From an uncultured virus (IMG/VR IMGVR_UViG_3300043773_001986) (lineage: Duplodnaviria > Heunggongvirae > Uroviricota > Caudoviricetes), in IMG/VR virus record IMGVR_UViG_3300043773_001986: a stretch of 64,000 nt of DNA; one strand, 5' to 3'. Under the pieces are notes generated by a model. That model saw nothing but the letters and a program-made list of their open reading frames with translations. It had not been told where the DNA came from and did not search any database. Below, one piece after another: positions 59,497-64,000 of this stretch. Made by a program: the position numbers and the translations under genes. Every line of letters starts with the position of its first letter. Position 1 is the first letter of the stretch.

Positions 59497-61308
59497 TCAT
59501 CTACCAAAATTCATATTTTGTTGTGATGGAGTTTGTTTACCTGTTGGGTCTTTGGCCATTTGAGCAATCATTTGAATAAACTCAGGTTTTTTCATAAGTT
59601 CATTCAACACTCTTTCGACCTCAGTGGTATTTACACCAGGTGGGGCTGAAAAAGTTACATTTAAATTACCACTATAATTTAAGTTTTGAGTTGTTGGTGC
59701 TTGTACTTGTTTTTGTAATTTATCCAAATAACTCATTTCAGTTGTTTTCGGTGTTGTGGTAGTTGCTACTTGAGTTTTAGTTTTTTCATCCTCACCAGTC
59801 AAAATACTTCCAACTTTAGATTCTTTATACACAACACTAGCTTTTTCCATTTTTTCCTTAAACATATTGTAAAACTCGTTGGCCATATTACTGCCAGCCT
59901 CACCAGCTCCTTTGAAATCACCTTTGAATAAACTTTTAATCAAATCATCTGACTGAGTTCCAATACCTTGTCTAATTCCCTTTTCTGAAAATGTTTCTGT
60001 TTTTTCTTTACCTTCTTTATCCTTAGTTGTTCTCTTTAATACTTCGATACCATTTTTATAAATTTCTATCTCAGCCCTACTTAATCTTTCACCACCTTTG
60101 GATGCTGCTAAACCATAACCCATAGTGTCAGCAATCATAGCCAACAATATTTCTTGGTTTTCTTGGACAGTAAGTTGTTCTTTTGCCAACTCTTCCATCG
60201 TTTTAGGTTCTTGGTCTTTCATAAATTTGTCTAAAGCATCTTTGTCTTTAGCAAAAGTTTCCATAGCTTTATCTATTCCCATTTGAGTACCATCAACGGT
60301 TAAAGTCATTTCACCACCAGGACCTATTTCTGATAAATTAGCTATGAAGTTTCTTTGTTCTTCAGTAAATGTTGCAGGAAATTTAATTTTACTCAATTTC
60401 ATATCGAGTTCTTTTGAGCCAGTTGCCATTTTTGCTAATTCATCATAACTCATTCCCATTTCTTTGGCAATCTCTCTTAGTTGTCTTTTTGCACCAGGCA
60501 TAATTTCGAAACGACCATCTTTATTAAGCTGAACAAATTTTTCTGACATTTTGGACATTTGATTCATCAATTCACCAGGGTCATTCTGTGCCATATCCAT
60601 CAATCGAAGTGGGTCTAATAATTCAGATTGTGTAACACCTAATCTTTGTAATGCCGCCGACATTTCTATAGCTTTGTCAGGTTCGAATAAACTTTCGGAT
60701 AATGTAAAAACTTCTTCCATATTTATTCTTAAAACTTTAGCCTGAGCTACCATTTTAGTTAACCCTTCTATACCACCTTTAAAATTAAATGTATTAAGTT
60801 TAGTTAAATTTTTTGCTACCTCATCTGAAACACCTTGAGCATTAACTCCCATTTTTCTTGAGATGTCAACTACTTTCTGCATTTGGTCTTGTACACCCAT
60901 ATATGAAACACCAACATCTTTGAATTTTTTTGCCATATCATCAACTTCCAAACCAGTAACCTTAGCTGTTGCTATTAATCCTTTATACGCTTGATTATTT
61001 AATATGACATTCCTACCCAAATCAGAGGATATTGATGTTTGAATAGCTGATATATCAGAAAATTTTCCACCCAATTCTTTAACATCACCAACAACATCTG
61101 TCATTGCTGCTTTTATGCTCAATATATTAGTTCTACCAACACCAAAAGATTTTGCGACACCAATTGCAGCACCCTCTACTTCATCAAAAACTTTTTTTAA
61201 ACTAGCAGGTTTTACATTTGATAATACAGCGTCACCAAAGTTTTCTCCAATTTCCTGAAATTGTTTTTCTATACCACTTAAGAGTGATTTACCATCGTCT
61301 CCACCCAT
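59497..61308 (-). CDS. tape measure-like protein
   Basis: Helical, A/K/M/E-rich, no Trp or Cys; sits between tail chaperone and tube initiator. Confidence 0.65.
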   Translation of the reverse strand: MGGDDGKSLLSGIEKQFQEIGENFGDAVLSNVKPASLKKVFDEVEGAAIGVAKSFGVGRTNILSIKAAMTDVVGDVKELGGKFSDISAIQTSISSDLGRNVILNNQAYKGLIATAKVTGLEVDDMAKKFKDVGVSYMGVQDQMQKVVDISRKMGVNAQGVSDEVAKNLTKLNTFNFKGGIEGLTKMVAQAKVLRINMEEVFTLSESLFEPDKAIEMSAALQRLGVTQSELLDPLRLMDMAQNDPGELMNQMSKMSEKFVQLNKDGRFEIMPGAKRQLREIAKEMGMSYDELAKMATGSKELDMKLSKIKFPATFTEEQRNFIANLSEIGPGGEMTLTVDGTQMGIDKAMETFAKDKDALDKFMKDQEPKTMEELAKEQLTVQENQEILLAMIADTMGYGLAASKGGERLSRAEIEIYKNGIEVLKRTTKDKEGKEKTETFSEKGIRQGIGTQSDDLIKSLFKGDFKGAGEAGSNMANEFYNMFKEKMEKASVVYKESKVGSILTGEDEKTKTQVATTTTPKTTEMSYLDKLQKQVQAPTTQNLNYSGNLNVTFSAPPGVNTTEVERVLNELMKKPEFIQMIAQMAKDPTGKQTPSQQNMNFGR

Positions 61309-61347
61309 ATTTAAATTGTTTTATAAATAAATACCACACACCTTTTT

Positions 61348-61506
61348 TTATTTTTCAGATGTGTGGTATTCTATAATTTTATTGACTAAATATTTTCTTG
61401 AGTATGTTGGTAAATTTAAAAAATCGGTATATGATGTATGAAGAAATTTACCCAATAAAAAATACTCATCTAATAATACTTCTCTATACTTAGAAGAAAG
61501 GGCGAA
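61348..61506 (-). CDS. unannotated second tail-chaperone ORF (gpT / gp51-like), probably a +1 frameshift extension
   Basis: The +1 frame reads FALSSKYREVLLDEYFLLGKFLHTSYTDFLNLPTYSRKYLVNKIIEYHTSEK*, has no ATG and fills the gap before the tape measure gene. Confidence 0.7.
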   Translation of the reverse strand, partial: FALSSKYREVLLDEYFLLGKFLHTSYTDFLNLPTYSRKYLVNKIIEYHTSEK

Positions 61507-62248
61507 AAAATTCAACACCAAAGGTGACCTCCAAATTCACCTGTTCACCTGATGGTGCTCTAACAACTCTTTTTAAATCCAAAGATGGTTCATTTTCTTT
61601 TATGAATTTTTTAATAAATTTTGAATCCATAATTGGAAGATTATTTACCATTTGTGAAATTTTTTCTCTATCTGTCTCACCATTAATTTCAACAATATGT
61701 TTCATTAATTTCCAAGTAACTCTTGGAGGTGTCATATTAGTAGGATAACTTTCAACCATTTTATCTATTTCAATGATTTCACCATAAGTCAGTGGTTTAA
61801 GTTTTACATTCGCTTCACTACGTGGTAATTTTACATTGTAATGTCCGTTTTCATCAGGTGTTGAATTTGGTTTAACAATATTTAATTCATCCAAAACTAT
61901 TGTAGCTTCGAATGGTTTGTTTGTTAATGGGTCAGTCAATGTGAGTGTGTATTCAGGACCGAAAGATGTATTTCTCAAATAAATTAGAATTGCTTCAACA
62001 TCACCCTCTAAAAGTTCTTCGGGTCTGATATCTGTTTCGTAAAGTTTACTTCGTATTAAAGTAGTAACAACATTTACATTAGGATTAGAAATTCCCCCTA
62101 AAATTATGTTTTCATCATTAGCTGTAAGGTAACCAACTTTTACAGATTTCTTTTTGTTCTTATAAAAAATACCACCCGATGGTAAAGGAACTACATCGTG
62201 TGGTAAATTAAAATTTTCAGTACCGGCTTTTAATATATTAGCATCCAT
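61490..62248 (-). CDS. tail assembly chaperone / baseplate hub assembly protein (T4 gp26-like)
   Basis: VPLPSGGIFY...LTANDENII...GDVEAILIYLRNTSFG.EY...LP.S...VKLKPLT...FGVEFFRP. Confidence 0.8.
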   Translation of the reverse strand: MDANILKAGTENFNLPHDVVPLPSGGIFYKNKKKSVKVGYLTANDENIILGGISNPNVNVVTTLIRSKLYETDIRPEELLEGDVEAILIYLRNTSFGPEYTLTLTDPLTNKPFEATIVLDELNIVKPNSTPDENGHYNVKLPRSEANVKLKPLTYGEIIEIDKMVESYPTNMTPPRVTWKLMKHIVEINGETDREKISQMVNNLPIMDSKFIKKFIKENEPSLDLKRVVRAPSGEQVNLEVTFGVEFFRPFF

Positions 62249-62301
62249 TGTTTTTTTTATTATTAAAATAAACTAATAATAAAAAAATTAAATACTTTTT
62301 T

Positions 62302-62790
62302 TTAGTATACTAATATACATCTATCCATTCTAAGGTTTGCTTGGATTGTTGCTATTTTGTCATCACTATATGATAGTCCTTGAAAATCAACGTTAGTTAA
62401 AAAACAACCCTCAAGTATCCATTTTTCAACAACTACACCAGTTGGGTCTAACATCTCCAAATCAACATTTTTCTTATATCCCGCAGCATACCCCATACGA
62501 CCTGTTACAGATTCAGCATGAAGACGAACCCATTCCATAAGTGCTTGTGCTGCAGATGGACCGATAGGGTCTCTAAAAGTAACAGAAATTTCTTCCCAGT
62601 TAAATCTACCTGCAACATATGTTGAAGTGTTTAAAAATGGGATTTCAACCGAGTTTATCTTAACTTTTGGTCTAGATGTTGATTCCACGAACCATTCATT
62701 AATACCTAAAGAAGAAGGAAATCTCATAATAAACCTATTCTGTCTTTTAGGTTCATAAGGTATGGGCATTTTCATCAATAAATCAGCCAT
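62302..62790 (-). CDS. tail tube protein (T4 gp19-like)
   Basis: EPKRQNRF, RP, YVAGRFNWEEISVTFRD, EW, LDPTGVVVEKWILEGCF and LSY motifs. Confidence 0.9.
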   Translation of the reverse strand: MADLLMKMPIPYEPKRQNRFIMRFPSSLGINEWFVESTSRPKVKINSVEIPFLNTSTYVAGRFNWEEISVTFRDPIGPSAAQALMEWVRLHAESVTGRMGYAAGYKKNVDLEMLDPTGVVVEKWILEGCFLTNVDFQGLSYSDDKIATIQANLRMDRCILVY

Positions 62791-62922
62791 CGTATTTCAG
62801 TTTAAATTTTTATTCTTTTTTATTTTAAATATAAATATCTTATTATTTTTTTTCTATTGACTTTATAAAATAAAAAAAGTATTATTATACTAGAACTAGT
62901 TAAATATTATTAATATAATATT

Positions 62923-63804
62923 TTATATTAATTTATATAATATTCTTTTTATTCTAGTTTCTAGTTGTAATTCTTCTTCATCTGGTTTGTATTCCTTTTT
63001 AATACCTCCGTGTGTTGAAAATATTTTAACATCTTTTACCCCCTTACTCATAGCCTTAATATTTCTCGGGTCATCATCAGAAAATCCTATCATAGGAACA
63101 AATTTATTTCTTATTTCGTTTTCTATTTTTTTAGATAATCTTAAGTTTAATTTTTCAGCTTGACCTTGAACATATTGTTTGAATCTATTCATTGTTGTAA
63201 TTTTAGCTACTTCAGGATTTGTTGCTGACCCTTCCCCATAAGAAACAGGATAATACCTATTCATTTTTAGGTACTTCATTATTTCAGTTTCTTTATCAGC
63301 TGGATTTTCACCAGAGTTAATTCTCATTTCTTTTAATGAATCATATAGAGAATCAGAATCAATTCCACCTCTATTTGAATCTATAAGTTTTTTAACCCCC
63401 ATCATTAGTGTTGATGGTCTATGTCCTCTTGCAGTAATAATTGCAAACAACGAACCATTATTAATTGCTTCTACAAAATCAGGCCATGCAGCATCATTAG
63501 CTAATTCAGCACTCATTACATCCTTTAAGAATTTACCATCCCCAGTAACTCTAAAATCTCTGAATGGGTCTGGTGCAAAATTTACGATAGTAAAACCCTC
63601 ATATTCAAAAGGTTCTTTTCCTATCTGAGTTCTATATTCAGCAAAATCCTCAGTTCCCATACCAACTTCTTCTCCATCATCATCTAATAAGTAGATTTTT
63701 GTTGGCATATACATTAAGTTATCATCCCAATCAAAAGCATAATACTTCATTGGGATTTCTCTTTCTTCAAATTCTCTAAGTAATTTAATAATTGTATTTC
63801 TCAT
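62923..63804 (-). CDS. HAD-superfamily phosphatase-like protein
   Basis: AFDWDDNL (I), IITARGH (II), K (III) and GFSDDD..N (IV). Confidence 0.75.
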   Translation of the reverse strand: MRNTIIKLLREFEEREIPMKYYAFDWDDNLMYMPTKIYLLDDDGEEVGMGTEDFAEYRTQIGKEPFEYEGFTIVNFAPDPFRDFRVTGDGKFLKDVMSAELANDAAWPDFVEAINNGSLFAIITARGHRPSTLMMGVKKLIDSNRGGIDSDSLYDSLKEMRINSGENPADKETEIMKYLKMNRYYPVSYGEGSATNPEVAKITTMNRFKQYVQGQAEKLNLRLSKKIENEIRNKFVPMIGFSDDDPRNIKAMSKGVKDVKIFSTHGGIKKEYKPDEEELQLETRIKRILYKLI

Positions 63805-63825
63805 ACTAATAAATATGTCTTAATT

Positions 63826-63858
63826 AAAAAAAGGAAGATGGTTTATTATCTTCCTTTT
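63826..63858 (-). terminator. intrinsic terminator
   Basis: AAAAGGAAGAT...ATCTTCCTTTT stem with a T-run on the minus strand. Confidence 0.75.
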
Positions 63859-63865
63859 GTTCAAT

Positions 63866-64000
63866 TTATCGTAATGATAGCTCAAATTTTAACGAACCAC
63901 AATCCCAAATTCTATCATAACCTTTTAGTTTCATAATTTCCCACTCTGTCATATTTTTATCATAACCCTCCTTAACAAGTACATCCTTTCTAAACACAAA
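63866..64000 (-). CDS. C-terminus of a Hef-like homing endonuclease (partial)
   Basis: Manual translation FVFRKDVLVKEGYDKNMTEWEIMKLKGYDRIWDCGSLKFELSLR*; the TE.EIM...GY.RIWDCG motif matches. Confidence 0.65.
   Translation of the reverse strand, partial: FVFRKDVLVKEGYDKNMTEWEIMKLKGYDRIWDCGSLKFELSLR

Noticed and set aside
437..61748. Numerous short ORFs in the track antisense to, or nested in, long genes (e.g. 437..709, 4181..4537, 45873..46433, 52274..52654)
   Set aside because: They are shadow ORFs of real genes, with no motifs or expression signals.
62791..62922. Replication origin or antisense promoter (TTGACT-N17-TATTAT at 62857-62885) in a very AT-rich gap
   Set aside because: There are no iterons, and such matches are expected by chance at this AT content.
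1..64000. Alternative genetic code (TAG or TGA recoding, as in Lak or some crAss-like phages)
   Set aside because: Long ORFs are intact in the standard code. TAG (8746, 45761, 46750) and TGA (2168, 4066, 59497) act as real stops with tight gene packing.
1..64000. Bacterial eCIS/T6SS locus or eukaryotic giant virus
   Set aside because: Tail genes are interleaved with phage-type primase, helicase, gp32, RecA and gp46/47, with bacterial-type terminators and no host housekeeping or NCLDV core genes.
1..64000. tRNA or rRNA genes
   Set aside because: Intergenic gaps are short and AT-rich, and no cloverleaf or T-loop signatures were recognised.

Overview
This AT-rich, densely coded 64 kb window comes from a large dsDNA contractile-tail (myovirus, jumbo-phage-like) genome and uses the standard genetic code. 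The host is probably Bacteroidota, inferred from SprB-type repeats and few Shine-Dalgarno signals. Module 1 (1-6.5 kb, minus): Rad50/SbcC (partial), Mre11/SbcD, a GIY-YIG protein, a PD-(D/E)xK nuclease and primase. Module 2 (6.56-18.15 kb, plus, inverted relative to the rest): Cys-rich, Thr/Pro-repeat fibre or adhesin-like proteins around a glycosyltransferase, ending in a RuvC-like resolvase. Module 3 (18.2-36.2 kb, minus): SprB-repeat protein and baseplate wedge genes. Module 4 (36.3-45.7 kb): nrdAB, helicase, 5'-3' exonuclease, C5 methyltransferase, RecA and SSB. Module 5 (46.7-62.8 kb): baseplate hub, gpX/LysM-like protein, tube initiator, tape measure, chaperone and tail tube, followed by a HAD enzyme and the end of a Hef-like endonuclease. 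The best candidate for an undescribed system is a glycosyltransferase whose motifs resemble plant extensin O-glycosyltransferases (HPAT/SERGT1, GT95/GT96), embedded among mucin- or extensin-like virion proteins; this suggests phage-encoded virion O-glycosylation. Other highlights are an unannotated +1-frame extension of the tail chaperone at TTT-TTT-CGC, a strand-specific TATTTAT upstream motif, OmpA-like and PEBP domains inside virion proteins, an apparently re-split Mre11/Rad50, and strong GATC avoidance. All family calls come from motif recognition, not database searches.
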